Positions 12,659 through 25,042 of a stretch of DNA of 64,000 bases are shown one piece after another. The translations under genes were made by a program, and so were the position numbers. Each line of letters starts with the position of its first letter. The first letter of the stretch is position 1. Below the pieces are notes generated by a model. The model saw only the letters and a program-made list of their open reading frames with translations, searched no databases and was not told the DNA's origin. This DNA is from Eledone cirrhosa (lineage: Eukaryota): assembly GCA_964016885.1 (NCBI GenBank), contig OZ024742.1, positions 210,366,001-210,430,000 on the forward strand, given 5' to 3'.

Positions 12659-12722
12659 CATTTTGAACACTTTGATACTTTTCGACTTCAGTCTGTAATC
12701 GCTTTTGTAAACCTTCCGCCAT
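12659..12722 (-). CDS. PFDN6: Prefoldin subunit 6, exon 1
   Basis: ATG at 12722; MAEGLQKRLQTEVEKYQSVQN + 1 nt, then GTAATT donor; resembles the PFDN6 N-terminus (human MAELIQKKLQGEVEKYQ). Confidence 0.93.
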
Positions 12723-13344
12723 GATGCTTGTTAGTAGTAACCAAGAAGTCTATAAAAGAACACTTTTGATTCGATAAACGTTTTTACTTAGGCGATTGTT
12801 GATTCGTTGTTTTTTAGTTGCTACATCTATTGATGATAAAGGACATTAAAACCATAGATAGTAATTTTACATTTAGAAATATGGGTTTTGTGTCGGCAAA
12901 ATATTTAGAGTAGCAGACAAAATGCCTTGTGGAGTTTAGTTACGTCCCTTTTCCTTCTGAGTTTAAATCTTGCTGAGATAAACGTTACCTTTCATTCTTA
13001 CGGGAGTCAATAAAATAAGTATCAATTAAATACTGATTTTTATTTAACCGCTAGTTCCCTTCTTCAAAGTAGGTATATTGGGAATACACAACATTGTGCA
13101 TATGTTGAAAATAAGCAGTCTAAAATCGTCAATTATCCTAATCTTCCGAAGCAAGTTTATCCAACGTGGATAAAAAATATTTCACATTTGGATACTAATG
13201 AGGCAGCAATTCAAAATTACAAATAAAAAAGCTCATCTGAAAATCCCTTTTATCTTCATACAATTGATTCTCAGAGTTATTTGCATACTAGCACGACCCA
13301 AACCTTCTTCTTGTTACCAATTCTGTTACTCCACTATAAATCTT

Positions 13345-13975
13345 CATACTACTACTGCCCGTTATACCTATTGGCATGTAGGGCAGCAACGAAGGTCCTC
13401 CACTCCTGTCGTTCCTAAGCCTACTTCCGCATGGGACCCTATGTGCATGATCGGATTTAGTAGGGGGGGGGGGGGGCAATTGCCCCGGCCCCCTGCAGTG
13501 GGGGCACCAGTGACGGCCGTAGCAATTTATTTGTGCCTGCGGGTTTTTTTTAGTTTTAGAATGGTTAGAATTTTTTTTATTTAATACCTGTATGTATTAC
13601 TTTTCAATTCCAAAGCTTTGATATGTAAAATTTGGGGGTTTGCTGTGTATTCTAATTTTTGTGTGTGTGGCTCCTCCCCCAACAAAAAAAACTGAAGTGC
13701 CCCGGGCCTCGCAAGGTCTATATCCAACCCTGCCTATGTGAATTGCCAAGTCTTCATCTCTCCCACAACTGTTCTGCGCTAGATGTTCTTTTGCCTTCGT
13801 TTTCGCTTGTCTTCTGGTTTCCTGTTAAGGACTGTTTTGCTCTCTTCTGAGAACATGCCCTATCCACTTCCATCTTCTTCTGGGAGGGATTGCTGACATA
13901 TTATCCTGTTGGCATCTACTTAACAATGCCTCATTGGATATCTTTTGGAGCCAAACATTTTTTATGATTCTTCCC
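13345..13975 (-). mobile_element. Degraded RTE-like LINE 3' end, interrupted by a hAT MITE
   Basis: (TAG)n-type tail at the left end; remnants of RWKWIGHVLR and RRQKNI-type motifs on the minus strand. Confidence 0.55.
13446..13732. mobile_element. hAT MITE with perfect 8-bp TSD
   Basis: CCTATGTG at 13438-13445 and 13733-13740; imperfect TIR CATGATCGGATTTAG / CTATATCCAACCCTG. Confidence 0.82.
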
Positions 13976-13980
13976 ATTCA

Positions 13981-14275
13981 AAAGAGGTAGATCCTTCATT
14001 TTGGACGTCACAAGTTGCGACACGTTCTCCGCCTCCAGCTTTGTTGCTTCGGTCACAAACCCCAGTACTGCGGCTCGCAATGTAGAGGACTGGAAAACAA
14101 ACAAATATCAGGGATTGTCCGGTCGCTTCCTCTTAGGATCTGTCGCCATCGAGACTTCAGGCGTACTTCGACCCCGTACTGCCGAGTTCCTCCGCAAGAT
14201 CGGAACGTCAGCAGCCCGTCTGAGGTGTTGCTGGCCATTGTCCGCGGAAATGTTTTTGCGGTCTTGTGCGCTTTG
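13981..14275 (+). mobile_element. CRE-clade non-LTR retrotransposon fragment (restriction-like endonuclease C-terminus)
   Basis: GRSFILDVTSCDT...AARNVEDWKTNKY...VAIETSGV...FLRKIG, then LAIVRGNVFAV after a frameshift; fits the D-x-T...E-x-x-K-x-x-K-Y RLE pattern. Confidence 0.72.
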
Positions 14276-14666
14276 CCTCTCATTCTTACGGGATCGATAA
14301 AATAAAGCACCAGTAATGCACTGGAGTAATAGCTGATCTTGTGCCAAAAGTATATTCTGTTGTACAACACATTCTAGAAAGAAATTGTAGTGACCCTTTG
14401 GGTCGAGAAGGAGAGTTAATGAGAGTTACGACCCATGGAGACTATAAATTGATAAACTGAATGTACCCGCTCTCTTACAAAGCTAGCCGTCCAGGAGTTA
14501 AGATGTAATTTTGCCTTCTCCCACTTTTCTTTTCACCCACACCATGTGGAGTGAACATATTAAGAGCAACTCTCTCTCAGGTGACTTCAACTGCGGAACA
14601 GAAAACCAATAACACCATGTGGAGAGTAACTTTTTCTCTCACCTCGTCGCCAATTCTACAACTAAT

Positions 14667-14848
14667 AATTGTTTCTACTTTTGGCACAAGGCCATCAATT
14701 ACCCAGTACATTACTGGTACTTTATTTTATCGACCCCGTAAGGATGAAAGGCAAAGTTAACCTCGGCGAGATTTGAACTCAGATCATAAAGGGACGTAAC
14801 TCTATGCTTCAAAGCATAGCGTCCGACTCTCTACCGATACTGCCAGTT
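14667..14848 (-). mobile_element. tRNA-derived SINE, same family
   Basis: Near-identical reverse complement of 15288-15473. Confidence 0.82.
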
Positions 14849-15099
14849 ACATAAAAAAAAAAAAAAAAAAAAAAAAAATTCTACAACTAATAATACCAAT
14901 TATACATATTATATTATTTCAAAAGTTATGTCTTATTTCCAAGTTGTAACACGCACTCATAACAATAAAGATGAAACACTTATAGACATTCGTGTGAGAT
15001 ATTTCATTTAATTACTTTATTCTTAAATTGATGACCAAATAACGTAAACACTAAATAAATTCGACGAACTTTCATGCTCGTTAAAAAATCATAAAACAG

Positions 15100-15287
15100 G
15101 TATGTCTGGTTGTTTCAGCGCTTTAGCTCCGCCATCATACTTGGCAATGCTGCGAGCGTATTGGTTTGCCTGAAAGTGAGGTGTGGCGGCCAATTGTCGC
15201 ACTTGGTGGTGAATTGGTGGTCGTTTTTGTTTCCCCCCCTCCCCTTGTTTAGGCATTTATATTTGTGTTTATCAACATTATATTTGT
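15100..15287 (+). mobile_element. Second CRE-like 3' terminal fragment
   Basis: WLFQRFSSAIILGNAASV fits the CRE terminal motif QRxSxAxxxGNAxxV. Confidence 0.6.
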
Positions 15288-15473
15288 GTGGATTGGCAGT
15301 ATCGGTAGAGAGTCGGACACCATGCTCTGAAGCATAGAGTTACGTCCCTTTATGATCTGAGTTCAAATGCCACCGAGGTTAACTTTGCCTTTCATCCTTA
15401 CGGGGTCGATAAAATAAAGTACCAGTAATGTACTGGATAATTGCTGGCCTTGTGCCAAAAATAGAAACAATTA
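15288..15473 (+). mobile_element. tRNA-derived SINE, same family
   Basis: Full head, core and tail. Partial or diverged copies at ~12895-13030, 14270-14350, 16440-16560, 32172-32253, 53770-54060 and 54577-54633. Confidence 0.82.
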
Positions 15474-15781
15474 TATTTGTAATGTTCTTCTGAACGAATT
15501 GCGAGCAATTTGTAATGTTATTTTATTATATTTATATATAATATAACTTTCGGATATCTGTTTTTTAAAATCGGAAGTAATTTTACTGTAAAATCAATGA
15601 CAATATTACATATAGGTCTGAAACATTTTCAGATATAAAAAACAGGAAATTATGACAAACATGACCCCAAGTTATAAGCACATGGAGCTATTGTAATTGT
15701 GCCAATTGTAAAATCCACATAGAATGGACATAATTGAAGAGGACATTTCCTATGTAAGGGATTTAACTAATATTGCACCGA

Positions 15782-15853
15782 ATGCGTGTTCCACTTTTAA
15801 AATGTCGTACCGTCATGGGATGGAATACTAATTTAAGATTCTTCAGCCAACAG
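15782..15853 (+). CDS. SURF1: SURF1 cytochrome c oxidase assembly factor, exon 1 (putative mitochondrial targeting peptide)
   Basis: MRVPLLKCRTVMGWNTNLRFFSQQ then CAG|GTAAAC donor; basic with no acidic residues; phase 0 fits exon 2. Assigned by position and composition, not homology. Confidence 0.65.
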
Positions 15854-17027
15854 GTAAACAAAAGTTCTTTGCCTTTTGGGGGAGGAGGGGAGATATTTAA
15901 AAAAATTAATAATTTTTCACTTATTTAAAGAAAAAAAATTTAAGTAGGCCTATACGCTTTTAATAGTTTCTAATTATTTTTGATACCATGATAGGCAAGT
16001 GTTTGTTTTTCTTTTGTCATAGTCAGAACCTGAGCAAGTTTTTGCTGGTTGTGCCCCCCCCCCCCCCCCCCCCCCCAAAAAAAAATAACAAGATAACACA
16101 AACAATTTTTTTAAAATCCCTTTCAATATATTCCATTTTTAAAATATGTTGAAGTTCTGGCCGTTACCAAAAATAAATAAGCATGAACTAGAAAAGTGAC
16201 TCTGAAGATTTTATGTCATTAAAATAAATATATATATTGTTACGAACTTACTAAATGTGGTTTCTGAGAGAATTATGACCAGAAGACGTTCCTGTAAGTG
16301 TTCTTTTCAGAAGGAATTCATTCACCTTCAAACGTTCGCTAGTGTTAAGTAAATCATTAAGAGCAGTATCATTTTTAGTATATATTAGTCTTAGTGTTTT
16401 ATCATAAACCAATTCACACCATGGAGGATTTTTAGGAATATTAAATCGATCTCGGTACCTGAATTGTACTTAATTTTATCGCCCCGGAAGGGTCAAAGAC
16501 AGTATTGACCTCGCCTGGATTCCAACTCATTGCAAAGAACTGTAGCTAAATATCGCTATGATTTTTGTCAATTTTCACTTGACACGACAAATTATTTTTT
16601 ATGAGTTAATTGAAACGATCTTAATACGTATTGTGGGGCTGAGAGGGATGTTAATCAACTCGGATTCGATCTGAACATAGAACTTTTAAGTACCAAACCA
16701 AATATAGATAAATTATATAACATGATTATACAATATTTATCATTAATAACCCCCACAAAAATGTGGAGTGTGATTATCTACAAACATCAGAACCCTTATA
16801 ATACAGTGGTTCCCAACCTTTTTTATGCCCCGCACCCCTAAAAACTTTTAATATGTTCTCGTTCCCTGTAACGGCGGCGAAGATTCGAAACCGAATCTGA
16901 GTTTTCTCGCCTCTGGGACAAGCCGTGTTAAGTTGTTTACACCCGGCAGACCAACCTCTTGGGAGATGCTAAACACAGGTCAGATGTTGTTTACGCCTGG
17001 CAAAAAAAGAGGTCAGATATATCCATC

Positions 17028-20000
17028 TTTGTATGACTGGTATTGGTGTATATCATCATCATCATCATCAACGTTTAACGTCCGTGTTCCACGCTGGCAT
17101 GGGTTTGGACGGGGGTTTTCCCACTTGAGGCAAGAGTGATTATCTTGATCGCATAGGACTATCTGGCGGGTTTTCTACAGCTGGATGCCCTTCCTAACAC
17201 CAACCACATTTACAGTGTGAGGCTGGGAGGTTTTTACCGTGTTGCCTACACAGCCACATTACAGCGTGGACTGTCTGGCGGGTTTTCTACAGCTGGATGC
17301 CCTTCTTAACACCAACCACATTTACAGTGTGGGGCTGGGAGGTTTTTACCGTGTTGCCTACACGGCCACATTACAGCGTGAACTGTGTGTTTTTTTACGT
17401 GACACCTACACGATCTCATTTGTTTCGGCCTGGATGTTGTGGCACCAACATAACTTTACATTGAAAGGGGCGGTGTGGATGGGGTGGGGGTGGTGGGACG
17501 GGGGTGTATTTTGTTAGAGATGCCTACTGGCTGTAGTAGGTTTTACTTTGTATTTAGGTAAGGCGGGTCTTCTCTATTACTGAGTACCGCCAAAGGTCTC
17601 GGTCCAGTGACATTGTCTTGGTGAGGTGTAAGTGTGTGAGGTCGGAATTTATCAACTCGTCCCAGGTTTTTCTGGGTCTGCCTATTCCGTGGCTACCGTC
17701 TATCTTTATTGCTCTGCACTTTGTTATACAGCTATCGTCCTTCATGCGCATCACGTGACCATACCAACGTAGCCTTCTCTCGAGTAAACAACATCTGATC
17801 CCTCTTATTTCTAATTTTTTCCTTAGTTCGTTTATGCTTTGCCATTCACATATATTACTATTACACATCCAGCGGAGCATGCAAGCTTCGTTTCTCTCTA
17901 GTCTGCGTATATCCTCTGCACACAATGCCCAGGTCTCACTGCCATGCAACATTGCTGTTCGTATGCAGGCATCATTTTTAGGGAGAACCCTTTAGCGGCT
18001 AATAGTGGTATAAGCTCTCTGAACTTTTTCCATCCAGTTCTGACTCTAGCTACTGTACTTTCAGAGCACCCTCCCCCACTGCTGATTTTGTCACCCAGGT
18101 AATGGAAGCTGTCCACTATTTCTATAGAACCCTCTGCGCAGTTGAAAGAGCTAGTATTTTGTGGGCACTTGCTGCTACTTATTGCACCAGAGCACCGGCC
18201 ACATGTAAAATCTATGTTCTTAGTTAGCTTACCTGTGATCCCACTACATCTTTTATGCACCCTTACTTTGCATTTGGGACACAAAATGGAGTTTCTACCT
18301 ACGCCTTTCCTACACACTGAGCATGGCCACTTCCCGGAAGGCACCGCTGCCTTATTTTCTTTCTTACAAACTAGAACTTTAGTCTTAGCCAGGTTAATTT
18401 TAAGGTCTTTTGATTCTAGGCCGTGCTTCCATGTTTGGAATTTCTTCTCTAGCTCGGCCATTGATTCAGCTATGAGTGTTAGGTCATCTGCGTATAGGAG
18501 TTCCCATGGGCAACCGGTCTTGAACTCCTCTGTTATAGCCTGAAGGGCAATAATAAATAGTAGGAGGCTGAGAACAGAGCCCTGATGGACGCCAACTTTT
18601 ACGCTAAACTCTTCACTATATTCGTTGTTAATTCTAACCTTGCTGACTGTTTCTTTATACATGGCTTGTATAGCTCTCACAAGCCATTCGTCAACACCTA
18701 GTTTTCTAAGAGCCCACCAGATAATGGAACGGGGGACTCTGTCGAAGGCTTTCTCCAAGTCGACAAAAGCTAAGTATTGGGGTTTACTTTTAGCTAGGTA
18801 CTTCTCCTGTAGTTGTCGTACAATGAAAAGAGCGTCTGTGGTACTTTTGCCTGATACAAACCCGAACTGCATTTCATCTAGATCAATTCTCTCTCTGATT
18901 AGTTGCGCTATTACTTTTTCCGTGACCTTCATGACCTGGTTGATTAATTTAATGCCTCTATAGTTACTCCTATCTAGGGCATCTCCTTTACCCTTATAAC
19001 AGTTAACGATGATGCTGCTACGCCAGTCTTTCGGAACAACCCCATTCTGTACGACTTGGTTAACTATCCGGGTGACCATGGTGTGTCCCACCGTACCAGA
19101 TGCCTTCAGCATCTCGGCAACTATTTCCGAAGGCCCAGCCGCCTTACCCGTCTTCATATCTTTGATTGCCTTACTTATTATACTACCCTCGACTAAGACT
19201 GCTGGTCCCTCTATTGGGTCGATGTGGGGGAGACTGTCTTTCTCCCATTTATTCTCTTCATTTAGTAGCCTTTCATAGTGACACTTCCAAGCTACCTTCT
19301 TATCAGCGTCGGTGATGGCAAGTATGCCGTCATCCTTAAGTACACACTTCTTCCCGACAATATCACGGTTTTCCTTGACACATTGCCTAGCAATCCTGAA
19401 CACCTCACGTTTCTGGTCCTCGCGTTGTAGAACATGCTTGAACTTTCTTTCCTCTGCTTCCCTTCTTGCGAAGTACACTTGTCTCCTAGCCTCCCTCCTG
19501 GCCACTTGATAGTCTTCTCTGCTTCCTCCATCCCGCCATACTTTCCAAGCCTGCTTTTTGGCCTTAATTGATTCCTCCACCTTACTGTTCCACCACCATG
19601 TTACTTTCCTCCTGCCTACAGGCCTGCTCCAGCCACAGACTTCGTCTGCCGCCATCAGCAGGTTTGCTTTCAGGAATTCCCACTGCTCCTCTATATTGTA
19701 CGACTCTAATTGCTCTTCCTTACTGTCGAAAGCATCAAGTAGTATACTTTTGAATTTATTTCTGGCTGTGGGGGTCCTTTAGCTTCCATATTTTTCTCCT
19801 GAGGATAGTCCTCTGTATATATTACTTGCAATAATATTAATAAGAATAAGAATGGCTGGTGCGTGTTTGTACAATGTTTTATATCACAGGAGTCAATAAT
19901 AACACAAAAGAAATATTTTACCACGTGTCGTGATGGTGTAGTTGGTGAGTTGGTCTTGACTCCAAGACTGGAGCGTATAAAGAAGAGAGAGACAAGGCAG

Positions 20001-23000
20001 AAATCATCTCTTCGTAGGTAGAAGTCAGCTCCAAAATTATGCGTGTTGTCTCTTCGGAAATAGCCGCTGGAGTGTGTATTATTTTGGTGACGTCAGAGCT
20101 GTGTGCAGGTAACTCTACAGAGATGTCGCTTCGCTACATATAGCCCTCCTCCAGATGACCAATCGATAAAGAAGTAAACATGTAGTGAGAAGCAAGGTAA
20201 AGATAGGTAATAAACAAAAGAAATGTTTGCACAAGCAGCAAACAGAAGGCAAGGCACGCAAAAATATAACAACAGAAACATGCAAAACAATCAATAAAAT
20301 GCAACAAATCGTAAGAAAAACAAAAGCAAAGGGTTGCAACAAGGGCAGCTTAAATGTACACAGTTTGACAGTTTTTTGGGCCAGTGGACCCTCTGACCGG
20401 AACGGGTCGTGGTCTTGTATCTTGGGGAGGGGGGAATTAGGTGTGTGTGCAGAAGAGAAAGATAGGGGTGTATGTGGGTCAGGTGTGTGAGCATCTGTGT
20501 GGGCCCGTTTAAGTCTATCAACTGCAATGGTCTCTCTGGATCCCTTAATGTCTACAGTGAAATGTTTATCAGAACGAGCTAACACGCGGTAGGGTCCAGA
20601 GTACGGTTGTGTGAGAGGTGGTCTCACAGCATCGTTTCTTATGAACACATGGGTCCACGAGGCAATATCTCTCGGGACTGCAGTTTTTAAAGTTTGTTTC
20701 CTCGTATCCAACGGTGGCAGGTCCTGAAAATAAGAACGCAGACAGGATACGTAGGAAAGCGGATCTTGTGCAGCAAGTTCAACAGGGGTGTAAGGCATGT
20801 AAGGTAACGCTAGAGGAGCACCATACAATAATTCGGCCGGGGAGAACCCAAGGTTCACCTTTATTGATGACCGAATCCCCAACAACACAATAGAGAGGTA
20901 CTCGCTCCAACGCGTAGAGTCAGAAGTCCGTAGAGCGGCTTTTAATTGTCGGTGGAAACGCTCCACCATTCCGTTAGATGCAGGATGGTATGAAGTTGTT
21001 CGGATGCGTTTAGCACCCATGATCTTCGTTAATTCGTAGAAGAGATTCGATTCAAACTGCCTTCCACGGTCCGTTGTAATCGTGGTTGGCACTCCAAAGC
21101 AGGCAATCCATCCTGATACCAGGGCACGCGCTGTCATTTCAGCAGAGATGTCTTTCAAGGGGATGGCTTCAGGTTATCGCGAAAAACGATCAATAACAGT
21201 CAATAGATAAGTATGACCACCACTGATTGGCCAAGGTCCCACAATGTCCACATGAATGTGCCGGAAACGGGTGTCCAGTGTACTGAAAGTACCGAGCGGA
21301 GCCTTAACGTGTTTATGGATTTTCGATTTCTGGCAAGCGATGCAGAAATGGCACCAAGCAGTAATATCGCACCTCATATTTGGTCAGAAGAATCTGACTG
21401 TTATGAGCTTTACTGTGGCAGAAGATCCTGGGTGGGAAATGCTGTGTAAAGCAAGAAACACAGTACGACGATGGTTTAGCGGGACGAATGGTCTTGGTGG
21501 ATCCAAAGAAACGTCGCAGAGAATTTGTCCGTCTGCGGTGGGCAATGGCAGGTATTTCAAATTACTCGTCGCAAATTCGTCGCAAAGTGATTTAAATCGA
21601 TGTTGTGGGATGACGCAATTGAACTGATCGGCAATCAAGACAGGGCGTCAGCCGCTGTGTTCAATGAGCCTGGAATGTGTTGGATGTCATTTGTGAATTG
21701 CGAGATAAAGTCGAGATGCCTTGTTTCTCTGGGCAAGTACTTGTCGGACTTTGCCCTTAAAGCAAAGGTCAAAGGTTTATGGTCAGTATAGATTGTAAAA
21801 CACCTTCCTTCGAGCATATGTGAAAAATGTTTCACGGAAAGGTAGATGGCTAACAGCTCCCGGCCAAAGGTGCTGTAGCGAGTTTCTGCAGGTTTCAACT
21901 TCCTGGAGAAAAATTCCAATGGTTGTTGGTGATTGTCACTACTCTGTTGTAAGACTGCACCCACTGCAGTATCCGACGCATCAACACAAAGCGAAAGCTT
22001 GGCATTGGACACTAGGTGGGCCAGCAAAGATGCATTAGCCAATGCTGATTTGGCTTTTTTAAAATCCTCAAGCTGAGTCTGAGTCAAAGAGATTTCCTTG
22101 TTTTCTTGCGGCAATTTTTCAGAATCTCAGTAAGAGAGAAGAGTAGATTAGCACAATGCGGAACAAAACGTCTATAGAAATTTATCAGTCCTAGGAATTG
22201 TCGCAACTGACGAAGTGAGGTCGGCGGAGGCAAATCCTCTATAGCCTGAACTCGTTGAGGGAGGGGTCGAATACCCTCGGAGTCAATGACATGACCTAAA
22301 AAATTTAGTGATTCCGCACCGAAAACACATTTTGTGGGATTTATTTGAACACTGTACTCCTTGAGTCGACAAAACAAAAGATTCAAATGACGTATGTGTT
22401 CTTCCCTGGAGGAACTAGCAATAAGCAGATCATCAATATAAGTGTAGACGAAGTGTAAACCACGAGTGACCTCATCCATGAACCGTTGGAAGGTGCTAGC
22501 AGCATTCCTACGTCCGAAAGGCATTGTAAGAAATTTGAATAATCCAAATGGAGTCGTAATGGCCGTTTTCGGAATATCTTCTTTCTTGACAGGAATCTGA
22601 TGATAGGCTCGCACCAAATCGAGCTTCGAGAAAATTTTACATCCCTGCAACGACGATGCAAAATCTTGCAGGTGTGGAATAGGGTATCTATCTGGGACAG
22701 TTATAGCATTTAACTTCCTATAATCCCCAGTGGGTCTCCAGTCGCCAGAAGTCTTGGGTACCATGTGCAACGGAGAAGCCCAAGGGCTCGCAGAAGGGCG
22801 AATTATGCCTAGCTGCAGCATATGGTCGAACTCGGACCGTGCTGCCTTCAATTTGTCCGCAGGCAAGCGACGAGGACGCGAAAACACTGGGGCGACAGTT
22901 GTAGAGATAAAATGCTCCGTTGTGTGAGTCGGTTCGACAACTCAAAAATTTCCCTGAGTAAGTTGTGGGAATGAATCCAATAATCCATGATAGGCGTTTC

Positions 23001-25042
23001 CAGCGGTAGCGATGAAGAAGGTCGGGCTAACCGTTGGAAAATTAGCTTTCTGGCCACGAAGAGAAAAACCAGTAATGTCGTCTACTAGGCGTCGGCCACA
23101 GACGTCCACCGTCAATGCAAAATGGTGTAGAAAATCCGCTCCCAAGATCGGATATGGTAGGTCAGCAACCGTAAAAATCCATTTGAATTCTCGTCGAAGA
23201 TTTCTGAATTGCAGAGGAAGCGAGATTTGTCCAAAAGTCCGTATCGATGAATGATTGACAGCTTGTAGATTCATTGATGACCCAGGAGGAGTTTCTTTAA
23301 CACAGTTCACTGGCCAAATGCTGCGTATCTACGAGGAAAGATCTTCCGGACAGGAGGTCCTCAATTCAATAAAGAAGTGGCAGTTTGGATGTGTAGCACA
23401 GTGATCAGCTGCCGCCTTCAGTGACTCTGGTCTGCGTTTCCCGAAGTTGAATAGTTACACAGTGGCCGGCAGTGTTTTGCTTTATCAGCGAAGGTGGCAT
23501 GGTACCAGCACAAAGACGAATTGCTGGCGAGCAAGCTGGCGTTACGGCGTGAAGTCGTGAAGGAACGCGAACGACTTCTTGGCCGCCTGGGAGATGGCCT
23601 ACTCTCCCTACATAATTTTGCGACTTGACGCGTAAATGCGTCAATCGCCTTCAACATGGCATCCTCGTGTGTCGAGACGGGCTCGTTCAGAAGGTCGATG
23701 AGGCAACAAGCGAGTCCAACGAGGTAGATTTCCTCGAGAATTCCACAATTCGATCAGCAGACGCAGCGATCTGCTCCACCAAGCTCGAGTCCACTATGGT
23801 AGCCAATATAATCTGGACATTGTTTGGCAAACGAGAGAAAAATAGCTTTTTGATAAATGAACTATCCTCATCGGGCGATTCACTGAGGTCCCGAATGTGG
23901 CGGAAAAATTTGGACAGCGACCTGTCGCCTAAACACTCATCCTCCAATAATGCACGAAACCTGCTTTCAGCAGAACGGCAGTTTCTCCTTAATATCTCCG
24001 TCCTCAACGAATCATACGAAGTGCCAGTTGGCAGGTCTGTTATTAAATCTTTCACCGTGGTGGCGAGCGACGAAGGTTTACCACTAATCAAAACATTGAG
24101 TTTCTGCTCTGTTTTAATTCCATTTTCAGCAAAATATGCATCCAGTTGTGCAAACCAGAGCTTGGGATCACCGGAGAACGCAGGTAAATTAGGAGTACTC
24201 ATCATTAGCATGTATCAGTTCCACATAAAAATACTAAATGATATCCAAGTAAAGAAATGCAACGCGTGTTAGATGTTTGGAACAACGGGAAAACAACACA
24301 AATTTCCCTCAACATCCATGAAGAAAGAAAAAAGCAAAATCCGGAAACGACAAGTCACAAAAATTCAAGGCAGAAAAATTTTTTTTTTTTTTCCTTTTTT
24401 TTTTCTTTAAATTGGTGAAGGAGATGGCATCACATGATGCGTCTCAGCCAATCAGATGGCTGCATTTTGGAGAAGAAAGACAATTGGCGGGTTAAATTGA
24501 CGGACCAGTCAGCCATTGTGAAATTTTTTTTTTTTTGTTAAACGAACAATTTTCAATTTCGTTTTTTTCCGCATAGTTGCAAGAAATAAAGTATTAGTTT
24601 TGTCATCAATTTTTTTTTTTTTATATGTTGTATGTTTCTCTAGAAGTTTTTAGAAGGCTGTGTAATCCATAATCGGAGTCAACCACTTTAGATGACTGGT
24701 ATTGGTGTATATATTACTTGCAATAATATTAATAAGAATAAGAATGGCTGGTGTGTGTTTGTACAATGTTTTATATCACAGGAGTCAATAATAACACAAT
24801 AGAAATATTTTACCACGTGTCGTGATGGTGTAGTTGGTGAGTTGGTCTCGACTCCAAGACTGGAGCGTATAAAGAAGAGAGAGACAAGGCAGAAATCATC
24901 TCTTCGTAGGTAGAAGTCAGCTCAAAAATTATGCGTGTTGTCTCTTCGGAAATAACCACCGGAGTGTGTATTATTTTGGTGACGTCAGAGCTATGTGCAG
25001 GTAACTCTGCATAGCTGTCACGACAGATGTTGCTTCGCTACA
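17028..25042 (-). mobile_element. Ty3/Gypsy LTR retrotransposon, CsRn1-like, degenerate
   Basis: LTRs at 24687-25042 and 17028-17053 + 19814-20138; 4-bp TSD CATC; PBS-like TGGTTGACTCCG; PPT-like CTGGAGGAGGG. Gag FSGDPKLWFAQL with CHCC motif CWYH...CRPLC; RT YIDD; RNase H DASD...ELLA; integrase HVDIVGP...TDRGRQFES...NGMVERFH; multiple frameshifts. Confidence 0.95.
17054..19813 (-). mobile_element. RTE-clade LINE (5'-truncated) inserted in the Gypsy 3' LTR
   Basis: 585-aa RT ORF (FVDLEKAFD, GVHQGS, LYADD) plus C-terminal ORF and (GAT)n tail; TGTATAT duplicated at 17047-17053 and 19814-19820. Confidence 0.95.

Larger units (their letters stand above)
12723..15781. promoter_or_regulatory. Divergent intergenic region between PFDN6 and SURF1 (possible bidirectional promoter)
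   Basis: The two start codons point away from each other about 3.06 kb apart; much of the interval is TE fragments; no TSS can be defined from sequence. Confidence 0.45.

Noticed and set aside
16195-16245. CTGAAGA followed by a hairpin and a TA run (hammerhead-like)
   Set aside because: GAAA is replaced by TAAA and stem I does not close properly.
23625-24272. 215-aa plus-strand ORF
   Set aside because: Antisense to Gypsy gag.
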